The position numbers and the translations under genes were made by a program. From NCBI RefSeq assembly GCF_036588685.1, contig NC_086380.1, positions 10,341,347-10,405,346 of the forward strand: a stretch of DNA of 64,000 bases, given 5' to 3'. The notes under the pieces were generated by a model. That model did not search any database. It saw only the letters and a program-made list of their open reading frames with translations, and was not told the DNA's origin. The stretch comes from Mytilus trossulus (taxonomy: Eukaryota). Shown here piece by piece: positions 37,424 through 49,446 of the stretch; the first letter of the stretch is position 1; each line of letters opens with the position of its first letter.

Positions 37424-37836
37424 GTATTTTAATTATTAAGGCTTATATTGAAGAGTTACTTCAAGATCAGAGTCAATTCATACTGCAATCTGTTTCCTAA
37501 AAATTCTTTTAAAGTCAGTTGTTGTTGTTGTTCTCCTTTTTCTTTGGAAGTCCACCCTATTTGCATGGTCACTGCATAACAATATCCTAATTTAAGATAA
37601 TTTTTAAAAATGCATATTTTTTATAAAATATTAAATTTTGTTAGGTTTAATTATGTAACTTTGTTTTAGTAAAACAAAATAGTAAGGATAAAAGGTAAAA
37701 CTTGTTTTTACACTGTACATATCGTACTGCCACAAATCATAAATAATTCTATTTTTACAATTTCATTTAAAAAAATCTAGAAAAAACATTATAAAATGAA
37801 GTATTCAACAGATTTACTATTTCTATTTAATCAAAG

Positions 37837-37928
37837 GGGAAGTGAAAGAAAAAGAAACAGCTCACAAAGAATACAAAGAGGCCATAAGTAAAGGACATGG
37901 AGCATACCTAATGGATGAAGAGGAACCA
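37837..37928 (+). CDS. PARP4: PARP4-like exon 15 (VIT): (G)EVKEKETAHKEYKEAISKGHGAYLMDEEEP.
   Basis: Acceptor tttaatcaaag| and donor CCA|GTAAGT. The translation matches human EIKEKEEAQQEYLEAVTQGHGAYLMSQDAP. Confidence 0.9.
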
Positions 37929-38169
37929 GTAAGTATATATAACAGGGAATAGGGTAGACAGGAAACAGTAGATGCTTGTTAAAGACATAGAAAAGGCTGT
38001 TGAGGTCTTGTAGAAAGAACTGCTTGTTTGAAAAGAAGGACATAGGTTGTCTGTAATTAAAGTTGGATTAGTCTTTCCATATGTATATTCTCCAAACTGT
38101 ATAATAATGAGATATTCATAGGAAAACATATATCAATCCACCAGTAATACATGTTATTTTATATATCAG

Positions 38170-38334
38170 GATGTGTTTACAGTAAGTGTAGGAAATTTAC
38201 CTCCACAAGCGAGAGTTTTGATCAAGATAACATATATATCAGAATTACAGACAGAGAATGAAGCCATAGCATTTAGCTTACCTGCTTCAGTAGCTCCATG
38301 GATACAGGATACAGCTCTGGCTCAGAAAACACAG
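38170..38334 (+). CDS. PARP4: PARP4-like exon 16 (VIT): DVFTVSVGNLPPQARVLIKITYISELQTENEAIAFSLPASVAPWIQDTALAQKTQ.
   Basis: Acceptor ttttatatatcag| and donor ACAG|GTAAAT. The translation matches human DVFTVSVGNLPPKAKVLIKITYITEL…MPATVAPWQQDKAL. Confidence 0.9.
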
Positions 38335-38555
38335 GTAAATAATGCTCTCATAAATTACAGATTGGTGCAGACTAAACATAACATAATGTTACTGCTATAT
38401 TTATACATTTTTTGCAGACTTTTCATGTTTGACTTTTACAACTTATTTCCCATAAATCTTTTAGACAACCAACAACATCTAAACTTCAATCCAAATTCCT
38501 TTGTTTTATTTTAACTTACTTTTTTACAACTTTATGCTTTTGCAGAAAATACATG

Positions 38556-38725
38556 AAAGCTTTTTAAATAAAATTGAGAATGGAAATTGGGAATGTGTCA
38601 AAGAGACAACAACCCGACCAAATAAAAAATACAGCAGAAGGTCACCAACAGGTCTTCAATGTAGCAAGAAATTCCCGCACCCGAAGGCGTCCTTCAGCTG
38701 GCCCCTTAACAAATATATACTAGTT
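38556..38725 (+). repeat. SINE-like interspersed repeat ('…attgagaatggaaa(t/c)tgggaatgtgtcaaagagacaacaac…cttcagctggcc…' family), intron 16. Other copies are at 32125-32285, 62755-62945 and 27700-27790, with a partial copy at 63955-64000.
   Basis: A conserved 5' block is shared among the copies, all in plus orientation. Confidence 0.55.
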
Positions 38726-39129
38726 CAGTGATAATGAACGCCATTCTTATTTCCAAATTGTACACAAGAAACTAAAATTAAATTATAATACAAGACTAAC
38801 AAAGGCCAGAGGCTCCTGACTTGGGACTGGCGCAAAAATGCGGCGGGGTTAAACATATTTGTGAGATCTCAACCCTCCCCTTTACCTCTAACCAATGTAG
38901 AAAAGTAAACGCATAACAATACACACATTAAAATTCAGTTCAAGAGACTGTTTAAGTTTGTTAGTAACTACATGTATTAATTTTACAATGATTTAAATTA
39001 ATATTTAGTAAAGAATTATCTTATCTTGTCAAAGGGACTGATTTGTAGAAGGAATGAAAGAGATAAGATATTTTAGAAACAGTTGAATCTTTTGCCATGT
39101 GTTATTGAAGGGATTACATTGCATAGATT

Positions 39130-39180
39130 ATTGAGTTTTTATACGACCACAAATTTTGAAAAAATATTGCTATCACGTTG

Positions 39181-39213
<33 letters not shown>

Positions 39214-40925
39214 TCCGAATACTTTTAGTTTTCGCACTCTAACTTTAGTAAAAGTGAAAAGAAATCTATGAAATTTTAACACAAGGTTTATGACCACAAA
39301 AGGAAGGTTGGTATTGATTTTAGGAGTTTTGGTCCCAACATTTTAGGAATTAGGGGCCAAAAAGGGCCCAAATAAGCATTGTTTTGGTTTTCGCGCTATA
39401 ACTTTAGTTTAAGTTAATAGAAATCTATGAAATTTTGACACAAGGTTTATGACCACAAAAGAAAGGTTGGGATTGATTTTGGGAGTTTAGGTCTCAACAG
39501 TTTAGGAATTAGGGGCCAAAAAGGGACCCAAATAAGCATTTTTCTTGGTTTTCGCACCATAACTTTAGTATAAGTAAATAGAAATCTATGAAATTTAAAC
39601 ACAAGGTTTATGACCATAAAAGGAAGGCTGGTATTGATTTTGGGAGTTTTGGTCCTAACAGTTTAGGAAAAAGGGGCCCAAAGGGTCCAAAATTAAACTT
39701 TGTTTGATTTCATCAAAAATTGAATAATTGGGGTTCTTTGATATGTGGAATCTAGCTGTGTATGTAGATTCTTAATTTTTGGTCCCATTTTCAAATTGGT
39801 TTAAGGTCCAAAGGGTCCAAAATTAAACTTAGTTTGATTTTGACAAAAAATTAATCGGTTGGGTTCTTTGATATGCTAAATCAAAAAATGTATTTAGATT
39901 CTTGATTATTGGCCCAGTTTTCAAGTTGGTCCAAATCGGGGTCTAAAATTAAACATTGTTTGATTTCATTAAAAATTGAATAAATGGGGTTCTTTGATAT
40001 GCCAAATCTAACTGTGTATGTAGATTCTTCATTTTTGGTCCTGTTTTCAAATTGGTCTGCATTAAAGTCCAAAGGGTCCAAAATTAAACTTAGTTTGATT
40101 TTAACAAAAATTGAAATCTTGGGGTTCTTTGATATGCTGAATCCAAACATGTACTTAGATTTTTGATTATGGGCCCAGTTTTCAAGTTGGTCCAAATCAG
40201 GATCTAAAATATTACATTAAGTATTGTGCAATAGCAAGTCTTTTCAATTGCACAGTATTGCACAATGGGAAGAAATATCTAATTGCACAATATTGTGAAA
40301 TAGCAATATTTTTTTTTAATTAGAGTTATCTTTCTTTGTCCAGAATAGTAAGCAAGAATTATCTAATTGCCCAATATTGTGAAATAGCAATATTATTTTT
40401 TAATTGGAGTTATCTTTCTTTGTCCAGAATCAACTCAGATCTTTGTTATATACAATGTATATTCACTTTTTACTACCAACTGATAAATTAAAATAATCTT
40501 TACCATTCAGTGATAACAAACATTACATCTTAATATTTTATGATGTATTTAAATGAGTAGTTATTGTTGCAAACTCCATTAGAAATTTAATTGAGATTAA
40601 TTTGGAATAAGGGAAAGGGGGATGTGATTAAAAAAATTGGGTTAAATTTTCTCATTTGAAATGAAAAATTTTGACATAAATTTTTTTTTGAGAGGATTAA
40701 TATTCAACAGCATAGTGAATTGCTCTAAGAGAAAACAAAAATTTTAAGTTCATTAGAACACATTCATTCTGTGTCAGAAACCTATGCTGTGTCAACTATT
40801 TAATCACAATCCAAATTTAGAGCTGAATCCAGCTTGAATGTTGTGACCATACTTGCCCCAACCGTTCAGGGTTCAACCTCTGCGGTCGTATAAAGCTACG
40901 CCCTGCGGAGCATCTGGTTACAGAT
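39130..40925 (+). mobile_element. Family-B composite element, copy B2 (intron 16). It has a head with (CGT)10 microsatellite (39183-39212), 8 x ~125-bp tandem repeats (39215-40200, 'ggtccaaaattaaac…ttgatatgctgaatc…' units), a ~37-bp 'tattgtgcaatagcaag' array (40200-40330), and a 3' ~330-bp block (40540-40920). A possible 13-bp terminal inverted repeat is ttatacgaccaca / tgtggtcgtataa.
   Basis: The same blocks in the same order occur at 33360-33825 plus 34931-35760 (copy B1, split by A1). ORF 39881-40195(-) lies wholly within the tandem array and is not credible as a gene. Confidence 0.6.
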
Positions 40926-41166
40926 TGATATCCTAAAATTAGAGCTTCAACCTGCAATGAGAACTTTTGAGGAAAGTGAGGGCAGGCAACTAGCAAAAAT
41001 CTTCATATGGTGTCAAGAGGCTGATATTTAATGATATCTTTGCACAGAAAACCTTAGAATCTGTTTGTCATGTCATTGGTTTCTACATGATTTCAATACA
41101 AGAAGCCTAGGATGTCAATTTTTTAACATGATATTTGAATTATACATTTATATACTTTCTTTGCAG

Positions 41167-41289
41167 TCTGAGCTAGCATCTTTGAAGGTCAAGGACACTG
41201 GAAGATGTGATCTGTCTTTACAAGTTGCCATGGAAATGCCCTTTGATATAAGAAATGTTAAATCACCAACACACAGAATTAAAGTTAAG
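41167..41289 (+). CDS. PARP4: PARP4-like exon 17: SELASLKVKDTGRCDLSLQVAMEMPFDIRNVKSPTHRIKVK.
   Basis: Acceptor actttctttgcag|. The donor AAG|GTAGAT is weak. The translation aligns to human VEKICIKEIGTKQSFSLTMSIEMPYVIEFIFSDTHELKQK. The phase is continuous with exon 18. Confidence 0.8.
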
Positions 41290-41552
41290 GTAGATACAAA
41301 TGTAACTTATCAGATATTGCAACTAAATAAGTAGTTGCAAATTAAATTCTAATATTTTTGTTTTCATGACAGCATTTCCTGAAATTACAATCACAGTGAC
41401 CACACCAATAAATTGCATTAATAAATGCACACACAAATTTCTTAATTTGAAATTATTACTTGAATAACATGTATTTGAGAGCAAGATTTCTGCTAATCAT
41501 GTCACTTTCTTTGTATTGACAGTTCTCTTTATAATATTCTAATCTTCTGCAG

Positions 41553-41687
41553 ACAACCGCCACCAAGGCAGTAGTGGAGCTACCTAAAAATAGCCAGTTA
41601 GATGATGGTTTTCAGCTATTGGTCACCATGGCAGAAATACATGTACCACGAATGTGGGTAGAGAATCACCCTAACAAAGACAGTCAG
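41553..41687 (+). CDS. PARP4: PARP4-like exon 18: TTATKAVVELPKNSQLDDGFQLLVTMAEIHVPRMWVENHPNKDSQ.
   Basis: Acceptor aatcttctgcag| and donor TCAG|GTAATC. The translation matches human TDCKAVISTMEGSSLDSSGFSLHIGLSAAYLPRMWVEKHPEKESE. Confidence 0.85.
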
Positions 41688-42372
41688 GTAATCAAAGTAA
41701 CAAAAAGCATTGATGGAAACATTGTGCAAAGTTCAGTTTATCGTCTGCAGATCAAATAATAATTGTAATAAAAAACAGTTTTTGGTATGGTGCTTTATAG
41801 TACAGAGTAGATATTGACACAATATTGTGTCTGTCTTTATACATCTTTTATTTATATTAGAATTAGTATTTATAAATGCAATCAACACCTGATTGGACTG
41901 ACTTGATATCAAAATCTTCCAAGTTTTATCACTACTTTTGAGATACACAAAATATATTTCATTTATCACAACATTAAATACATTCTATACATCATGAAAA
42001 TTTCCAGATATTTATCAGTGAAATATGTATACTCATTTATTGAAGTCACAAGATAATGTTGTACTTGTCAAGAAAATTACATAACTTGTGCAAGGATTCA
42101 TGAATCTAATATCTGTTCTAAAAATATCAATGATGTCATTGTTAAAGTCGTCATTTAAAGATTGGAGTTGTCAAGAATTGTTGCACTAGTGCATCAACTA
42201 CAACCAATACTTTATACAATGCAATATTTAAATTCATTTCCCACTGATATATAACAGCAAATTTTACCCTCCAGTGCATACAATCACTTTGATTTTCTCT
42301 TGATTTGTACAATTAGAATGTACTACTTTTTCTTTTTAATGCATTCATTATTTATGGATAATTATTTTTTAG

Positions 42373-42492
42373 GCCTGCATGCTGACATTTTATCCAGAGT
42401 TTGATGCAGATTTTGATCCCCAACAGGAAGTGGTTTATTTATTAGATATGTCTAATTCTATGAAAGGTCAAGCAGGGAGGGATGCTAAAAAG
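42373..42492 (+). CDS. PARP4: PARP4-like exon 19 (start of vWA): ACMLTFYPEFDADFDPQQEVVYLLDMSNSMKGQAGRDAKK.
   Basis: Acceptor attattttttag|. The donor AAAG|GTTATT is weak. The translation matches human ACMLVFQPDLDVDLPDLASESEVIICLDCSSSMEGVTFLQAKQ. Confidence 0.8.
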
Positions 42493-43558
42493 GTTATTTA
42501 TTAATAAATCTTATGAAAAAAATAAATAAATAAGGAAGCCTCACTTAAAAAAAAAGTTAAGAAAACAACATATTGTCCCAATCAAACCTTTTTGGAACTG
42601 ATTGTTTTGTACCAATATGACAAAATTTTGGTTTAGAGCTAGAGCTTTGATTTCTAACGAAAATTGATCATCAAAGAATAAACTTGTCAACATATTAAGA
42701 TTCAGTCTGTGGTTTAAATTTCTTTTTAGACAATATCTTTGTCAAACCTGCATTGAATTTCAAAAAAACTTAAACAGTAGCATTTCTGTGACTAAGAGAT
42801 TGCATCTATAGTAAAATTAAACAATAATGTGTCCCCCACTGATGCCTCATAAGCACTATCATTTTCTATGTTCAATGGACCATGAAAAAACGATAAAATC
42901 TCCTAATTTGTCATTAAAATTAGAAAGATAATATCCTATGGGAACATGTTTAATAAGTTTCAAGAGGATTGGACTGGACCAAAAACTTTAACCTGAAGTG
43001 GAATGAACAAACGGTCGGACAAACAAACTGATGAATAAACGAAGGGAGGCACAGACCAGAAAACATAATGCACACAAATGGGGCATAAAAAAAATCTTAA
43101 TCCATTGACCCATAATGGTTTACTTTTATAAATTGTGACTTGGATGGAGAGTATTCTCATTGGCACTCATACCACATCTTCCTATATCTAATTAGTTATA
43201 TATTTGTTGCAAAAATGCTTTTTAATATATATTATTATGCCCCGCTTTAAAAAAGGGGGGTATACTGTTTTACCTCTGTCTGTCCTTCCGTCAGTCCGTC
43301 AGTCAGTCCGTCTTCCCATGAATATTTTTCGTTGCATTTTTCTCAGGAACTACAGTACAAAGATTTCTGAAATTTGGTTTCAGGGTTTATCTAAGTCAGC
43401 TATACCATGTGATGCGTTTTCAGATTGATCACTAGACAACTCCCTGTTAACCGAACACTTGTATATTTTTACACTATTAATATTATCCACTTACGGCGGG
43501 GTTTCATCAGTGAGCAGTAGCTCACAGTTTCACTTGTTATTTCTATTTTGTGTTTCAG

Positions 43559-43699
43559 GTTTTTCTATTGTCTTTGACAAAGTTACCCGACAAGTCAAGT
43601 TTCAATGTGATCACATTTGGTACAACATTTAAAGAGCTGTTCCCATCACTACAACTCAAAACAAAAGATGCAGTACAAAAAACTACAAACTTTATACAG
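43559..43699 (+). CDS. PARP4: PARP4-like exon 20 (vWA): VFLLSLTKLPDKSSFNVITFGTTFKELFPSLQLKTKDAVQKTTNFIQ.
   Basis: Acceptor tttgtgtttcag| and donor ACAG|GTGAGA. The translation matches human IALHALSLVGEKQKVNIIQFGTGYKELFSYPKHITSNTMAAEFIMS. Confidence 0.85.
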
Positions 43700-44539
43700 G
43701 TGAGACCATCTTTAATTTGACATGGATTTGACCATTCTTGTGAAAAATAAGCTTAACAAATGTATGAATAGCCAATAAAACTGTCAACTCATTGGATATC
43801 AATTTTTGCTGATTATGTGGATACAAGCTGTTGCAGTAAATCATGAAATTATATTTTCAACAAATGACAAATTTCCAAAAGTCTACTTGCACACTTCAGT
43901 AAAACCATGAAATTACATTTCGACAAACATGTAAGATTTTCTTAATCCACAAAAATTTAAACCCACGAAAATAAATTAATCCACATTATGATTAAAACTT
44001 TTTTTAAGCAGTTCATTCCAAAAGTATATAAGAGTTGACATTTTGACTTCCATATACATGATATAGAAGCAAGTAATATCTTACAAAAATTACAAAGGTA
44101 CTTTTCATTAAATCATTTGACTCAGAAATGTTCTTATCCTTTCCCTTCATTAATATTTATAGACTTTTTCAAGTATTTCACATATCTCAAAACTGCTTGA
44201 TTTTGACCCTAATTATAAACATGAAGATGTGGTATGACTGCCAATGCAAAAACTCTCAAAAACAGACTCAATCACACAGAAATTAACAACTATCGGTCAC
44301 TGTATGGCCTTCAACAAAGCCTATACAGCATAGTAAGCTGTAAAAGGCCCTGAATTAACAAATGTAAAACAATTCAAACTAGAAAACTAATGGCCTAATT
44401 TGTGTACAAAAAATGAACGGAAAACAAATATGAAACACAGCAATAAATGACAGCTGCTGAATTACAGGCTCCTGACTTTGGACAGGCACATACATACAGA
44501 ATGTGGCTGGATTAAACATATGGCGTCTTTTATTTACAG

Positions 44540-44727
44540 TCAACTGAATGTGACCAAGGAGGAACAGTTGTCATAACTTTGTTACAGTCCTTGTTCTTAC
44601 TCAGTCCACCAGAGGGCAGCAGGAGTATCATTCTTATATCAGATGGTCACATGACTAGTGTTGAGGAAACTTTATCACTGGTCAGAAAAATGAGTGATCA
44701 GAATCGACTTTTCACTGCAGGAGTTGG
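44540..44727 (+). CDS. PARP4: PARP4-like exon 21 (vWA): STECDQGGTVVITLLQSLFLLSPPEGSRSIILISDGHMTSVEETLSLVRKMSDQNRLFTAGV(G); ends in phase 2.
   Basis: Acceptor cttttatttacag| and donor TTGG|GTAGGT. The translation matches human …ARGSRNILLVSDGHLQDESLTLQLVKRSRPHTRLFACGIG. Confidence 0.85.
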
Positions 44728-45271
44728 GTAGGTTTAAAAATCTATCTTTTATTCTCTCCTGCTTATTAAGTAACATCTCTTTTATTCTTTGAAAGGTCTT
44801 AACCTTTAGCTGCTCCTTAAGAGTGCATTAACAATATTTAATTGAAACATTTGCGTTACACTTGTATTGCATAAACTTTAAAAAATTATATAGTATTGAA
44901 TATTTTAAACTAGGTAATAAAAAAAACATGTATTGTCTGCTATATGGTCGCAGTTGTTGTCGCTTTGACACACCATTTCCTTTCTCAATTTTATAATAGA
45001 ATTACATTATGGTAATGTCCCTGTGTCTAGAACAATGAGTAGTCTAAAATGTCATTAACTAAATTTCAGATACTATGCAGATCATTTATTTACAATGGTT
45101 AAAATATGAATTTCTGAATTGGTTCTCTCACATTGTGTTGAATGAACAGATTCTCAGAACATGAAGATTACAATGCATTTCTAGTCCATATATTATCATT
45201 CTAGTTCTTAATGCTGTGTTATCACATGATCTCTGAAAAACAGCTTTTTTGCAAAATAATATTGGCTTTAA

Positions 45272-45671
45272 GGATGTACCTAGGTGAGGTTAGGTGAAAA
45301 TTAATAAATTAAGAAGTCAAAATTAATAAAAATAAGCTGGTAGAGCATCAATTAAGGATAAGAATAAGCTAAAAATATTGATAGGTCATGGACCTCCTTT
45401 TCGAGATATTTGAGATTTAAAATATGGCGGGAAAAGGCTGACTTGGACTTTTACCTTTCATTTGCATTGGTATTATTATGTCTCAAAACAAAAGAAAGAA
45501 AATTAAGAATCTTCTAAAATTTTGGTAAATGACCTTTCATGAGCTATTTAGTCTTATATAAAAAAATAAATGGGTGTTATGGGGCAAAATATTTTTCATT
45601 GTATTGAATGGAAAAACACCAAGGAGTCCGAACATTTGACACAAATTCCAAAACCTCACCTAAGTACATCC
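45272..45671. mobile_element. TTAA-flanked MITE (termini GGATGTACC…GGTACATCC), piggyBac-like target preference. It is immediately adjacent to a second TTAA MITE.
   Basis: TIR ggatgtacctaggtgagg / cctcacctaagtacatcc. TTAA sits at 45268-45271 and 45672-45675. Confidence 0.6.
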
Positions 45672-45675
45672 TTAA

Positions 45676-45948
45676 GGTGGTACCTAACACTACAGGGAGA
45701 TAACTCTGTAAAATCAGCTAAACGTTTTAATTACGTTGTGTTATTAAGGGAATATCAAGCTTCTCAATAATCAAAATAAGTGTTTGTCAAACTGCTATAT
45801 AACCAGTGTATTTTTTCTGATAAAACGGTTGGTTCAAATTTTTTGAAATTTTTATGTTGTTGTCAAATGGTCAAAGTAAATACTTTGTCAAAATTTTATG
45901 AAAATTAAACGACCCAAATTAATTTTAGTTAAAGTGTTGGGTACCACC
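45676..45948. mobile_element. TTAA-flanked MITE (termini GGTGGTACC…GGTACCACC), family member 1.
   Basis: ggtggtacctaacactacagggagataactctg… …gtgttgggtaccacc. TTAA on the left is 45672-75, shared with the neighbour, and on the right is 45949-52. Confidence 0.65.
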
Positions 45949-46311
45949 TTAATTACAAAAAAAATCACAAAAATGAATTGTCTTTAAGGTTCATCAAAAG
46001 GAATTAAAATACAATTCACTAATAATATTACAATAAGGAATACTAAAAAAATATTTTTCCAAACTTTTATTTTTTTCAAAATCTTAGGGATTAGGTACAA
46101 AATCAATAAAAGCTCATAAGATTCTGAAATATACACTTCTTATAAAATTAAATTTATGAGGTGTACAGGTTTTCATGAACTTGGAGTAATTTTGTGGTGT
46201 AATAAGACCAATCCTGTATTTTTAAAAAGGTTATGATGAACCCCTCAATATTTATTTCAAGGAATCTTAATTAGTATAATATGACATAATGTTTTATCTT
46301 TTTTTTCTCAG

Positions 46312-46411
46312 TCCTACAGTAAATCATCACTTGATGAAGACACTAGCGACATCTGGTGGAGGAACATTCCAATATTACAACAACAAAACTAAGTCTAATT
46401 GGCAGTCAAAG
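46312..46411 (+). CDS. PARP4: PARP4-like exon 22 (vWA): (G)PTVNHHLMKTLATSGGGTFQYYNNKTKSNWQSK.
   Basis: Acceptor ttttttttctcag|. The donor AAAG|GTTAGC is weak. The translation matches human STANRHVLRILSQCGAGVFEYFNAKSKHSWRKQ. Confidence 0.85.
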
Positions 46412-46689
46412 GTTAGCATTGACCATTACATGTATCAATATTTTATGTTAAATCAAAAGCTAGCTTATGGCGAGCTGTGTTAGTCTCCAATATTAATTTA
46501 CATCTTTCATTCTGTCTGGGTATTAAGGTTTTTTTCAACCTCAAAATTTTTTTTCTGTGATAATTAGCCATGTTACTCAAAGTAATTTTACTATTCCAGC
46601 AAACAAAACTTTATGCAGGTTTATTTACAAGTGATAAGAATTTTGGCTAAATTTAGGTGATTTTTTGAATGATAAACTCTCTTGGTTAA

Positions 46690-47281
46690 GGTGGTATGGG
46701 AGTCTAAAATAAAAATGATAGAATTTGTTCATACTTTGCCAAAATGTAGTATCTATTGATACATGTTAAAAAATATAATAAAATTGATAGGTCACCGTGC
46801 ATTTTTTCAAGCTACGGGTCATGACAAAATGACACATTTTGTATGGATTATACAGGAAAAAACACCATTTTGTGAATAGAAACTAAACGAAATGATAGAA
46901 TTGTAAAATAAATTAGGAATATATAGCTTTCAAACAATGCTTTGATAATATCAAAAGAAAAGATAGGGTCACCGTACGTTTTTTCCGGCTAAAATTCAAA
47001 GTAGGAAAATTCCATGAACAATCCAACAGAAAATGCACTGTTTTAGAGCTACCTCCCCTTAAAATGAAAATTTCAAAATATTTAAAAATAACCAAAAATA
47101 ATCTGCACTTGTACATATACTTATATTTATAAGTTATATTCTTAAAAATTGAATCTTTTCAATGTAAAAACACATGAAATATCTGCATTCTTGCATCAAA
47201 TTTTGCTAATTTGATAGAAAATATGGACCTTAGATTCTCTGTTTTTTACAATCCAAGATGGCGAAAGACACCCATACCACC
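46690..47281. mobile_element. TTAA-flanked MITE (GGTGGTATGGGAG…CCCATACCACC) carrying internal ~130-bp tandem repeats; intron 22.
   Basis: TTAA at 46686-89 and 47282-85. The termini are reverse complements of each other. Confidence 0.6.
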
Positions 47282-47895
47282 TTAAGTGGTACATGTCCTG
47301 TTGTATCATCTGTTATTATGTTACAATTTCATGTGGTACTGTGGATTCATTTATTTTCGTGGGAATCAATTTTCGTGGATTGAGGAAAACTTGCATTTTC
47401 GTGGATATTTGATTTCGTGGTTTTGTCAATCTGTGCACACAAAGCCAAAGAAAATTTGTTATTTGTTGAACATTTGAATTCGTGGTTCACTTGTACCCAC
47501 GAAACCCACGAAAATTGATATCCAACGAATAATAATGAATCCACAGTAATACATATTGAAAATGTTGATCATATATGATTGCCAAGCTTTTTAAATATTT
47601 AAAATCCAACTGTTGAAAGTTGAGAGATGTACATGATATAGTGGTAAAATCTGTTTCTTTATCAACTTTTAGATCAAATTTATCCTTCCTTTTTCAAAGA
47701 ATTTCCAACAATCATTTGCCAAGAACAAAGTTTTCACTAGAAATGAGAAATCATTACATTACATGCATTAGTCTTTGTTAAACACATCAGTATGTAAATG
47801 ATTTTGTATTTTAATATCAAGTACCTATTTAAAAGAGTGTAAACATTTTTGGCAGATCTGGTATGATACTCCAAATGTTTTTTTTTCTCCCACAG

Positions 47896-48063
47896 ATTGA
47901 AGGCCAAACTGAGAGAGCTTGTCAACCAGGTGTTTCTGGGGTCAGTGTACAGTGGATATACTATGCTAAACACAGTAATATTATCCAGGCTCCATGTATA
48001 ATCCCATCCCTGTTTAATGGTACTCGCCAGGTAGTTTATGGGTTTGTCCCAAATTGTACACAG
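47896..48063 (+). CDS. PARP4: PARP4-like exon 23: IEGQTERACQPGVSGVSVQWIYYAKHSNIIQAPCIIPSLFNGTRQVVYGFVPNCTQ.
   Basis: Acceptor ttttttctcccacag| and donor ACAG|GTAAGA. The translation matches human IEDQMTRLCSPSCHSVSVKWQQL…ALQAPAQVPSLFLNDRLLVYGFIPHCTQ. Confidence 0.9.
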
Positions 48064-48337
48064 GTAAGATTTAAGATAAATCGTGTTTGTTGCTTGTGGA
48101 TCTTTGTGTTTATTTAAATCATATATTTATTGTGAAGTTCATTTTCAATTTATCATTTTGAGAATTATTTCCCCTTGCTTTGTGTTGTTCTAACTTATAA
48201 TAAGTACAACAGTGTTTTTAGATATTGCATAATAAACATATTTTATACCCAATACTAATTAAAAAAAATGACACAAAAGTAGTATTTGGTAATAAAATAT
48301 AATTATTATTGTTCCAAATTATTGTATATTTTTTTAG

Positions 48338-48418
48338 GCCAAGTTAAGTGCTTCAGTTGATGGTAATGAATTCTGTACCATGGTGTCGACTACAGAGCTT
48401 AATATGACCAAGGGCAAA
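48338..48418 (+). CDS. PARP4: PARP4-like exon 24: AKLSASVDGNEFCTMVSTTELNMTKGK.
   Basis: Acceptor atattttttttag| and donor AAA|GTAAGT. The translation matches human ATLCALIQEKEFRTMVSTTELQKTTG. Confidence 0.85.
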
Positions 48419-48789
48419 GTAAGTCTATTTACATTCAAGTTTAAGAAAACTATCATGTTTCGTATGATGATTTGTGTGGAAGACTCTATCCAAAATTACA
48501 GTGTTTGAAGATTTTTAGCCATCATTTTGATTTGAAGGTTACAAATGTTTGTTCACTAAAACTCACTTTATCTGCTAATAGGGCTTCATCTGTAGGTCAG
48601 TATTAGAAATATATAGATTTTTATGTTACAGCACATAAATCTTGATCGAGCTTGGTAAACCTGGCCCTTGACTAGCTTTTTATATGTAATAAGCATCATA
48701 TTAAAAAAGTTATATTTTTTCTAACATTCATCTTTTTTATTGTATATATTTTATCGGATAAGTTCATATCCTCTCTTTATTTTGTTTAG

Positions 48790-48870
48790 ATGTTACACCA
48801 GCTGACAGCTAGAGCCGTGATCAGAGATTATGAAGATGGTGTTTTCTCCAGTAATAATACACAGGATCAG
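48790..48870 (+). CDS. PARP4: PARP4-like exon 25: MLHQLTARAVIRDYEDGVFSSNNTQDQ.
   Basis: Acceptor ttattttgtttag| and donor TCAG|GTAGGA. The translation matches human MIHKLAARALIRDYEDGILHENETSHEMKKQ. Confidence 0.85.
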
Positions 48871-49034
48871 GTAGGACCAAACTAACAATATAGTACTATC
48901 ATACCAAAGATTTTAAAAACAAACTTTTAGTGCAATTTAAGATTATCATGTGTATAGATTCAAATTAGTTAGCACGCGTAGAAGTTTGGGTATGAAAGGA
49001 TAGATTATAAATACACCTGCATGACACCTTGACA

Positions 49035-49215
49035 CAGTAATGATCCCTGGCTTAAACACACAAAATCCCGAGGTCCCAAATTTAAATAAGGTAAATCCCG
49101 ACGTCCTGAAATCAGAAAAAAAGAATTCCGGGATCCGAAAGGGTCAATCCCAAAATCCTGAGCTTAAAAATACCCGATCCCAAAGTCCCGATAAAGTTCC
49201 TGTCCCCCCTCAGTA
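49035..49215 (+). repeat. Second copy of the TCCTGA/TCCCGA-rich dispersed repeat (intron 25).
   Basis: Aligns to 16395-16595. Confidence 0.55.
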
Positions 49216-49303
49216 ATATATCAATAAGAATGTATTATAAATTTGATCTATTTGATATGAATTTTATGATGAAGAATTCCATTTATTTTTATTATGCTCA
49301 AAG

Positions 49304-49405
49304 GTCCAGAAATTGGAGAAGAAATCGTACATCATAGATCTGAGCAAGGAGTACTCTATAGTTACTCCCTATACAAGCTTTATAGCTGTGGAAGAGAGAG
49401 AAAAA
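49304..49405 (+). CDS. PARP4: PARP4-like exon 26: VQKLEKKSYIIDLSKEYSIVTPYTSFIAVEEREK.
   Basis: Acceptor ttatgctcaaag| and donor AAAAA|GTAAGT. The translation matches human TLKSLIIKLSKENSLITQFTSFVAVEKRDENE. Confidence 0.85.
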
Positions 49406-49446
49406 GTAAGTCAATGTTTTAAAATGGTTTTTTTTGTGACCTTTAA

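Noticed and set aside
39881-40195. 104-aa minus-strand ORF (and the 60-aa plus ORF 39984-40166)
   Set aside because: It lies entirely within the 125-bp tandem-repeat array of family-B element. The peptide is internally repetitive, so this is an ORF artefact and not a gene.
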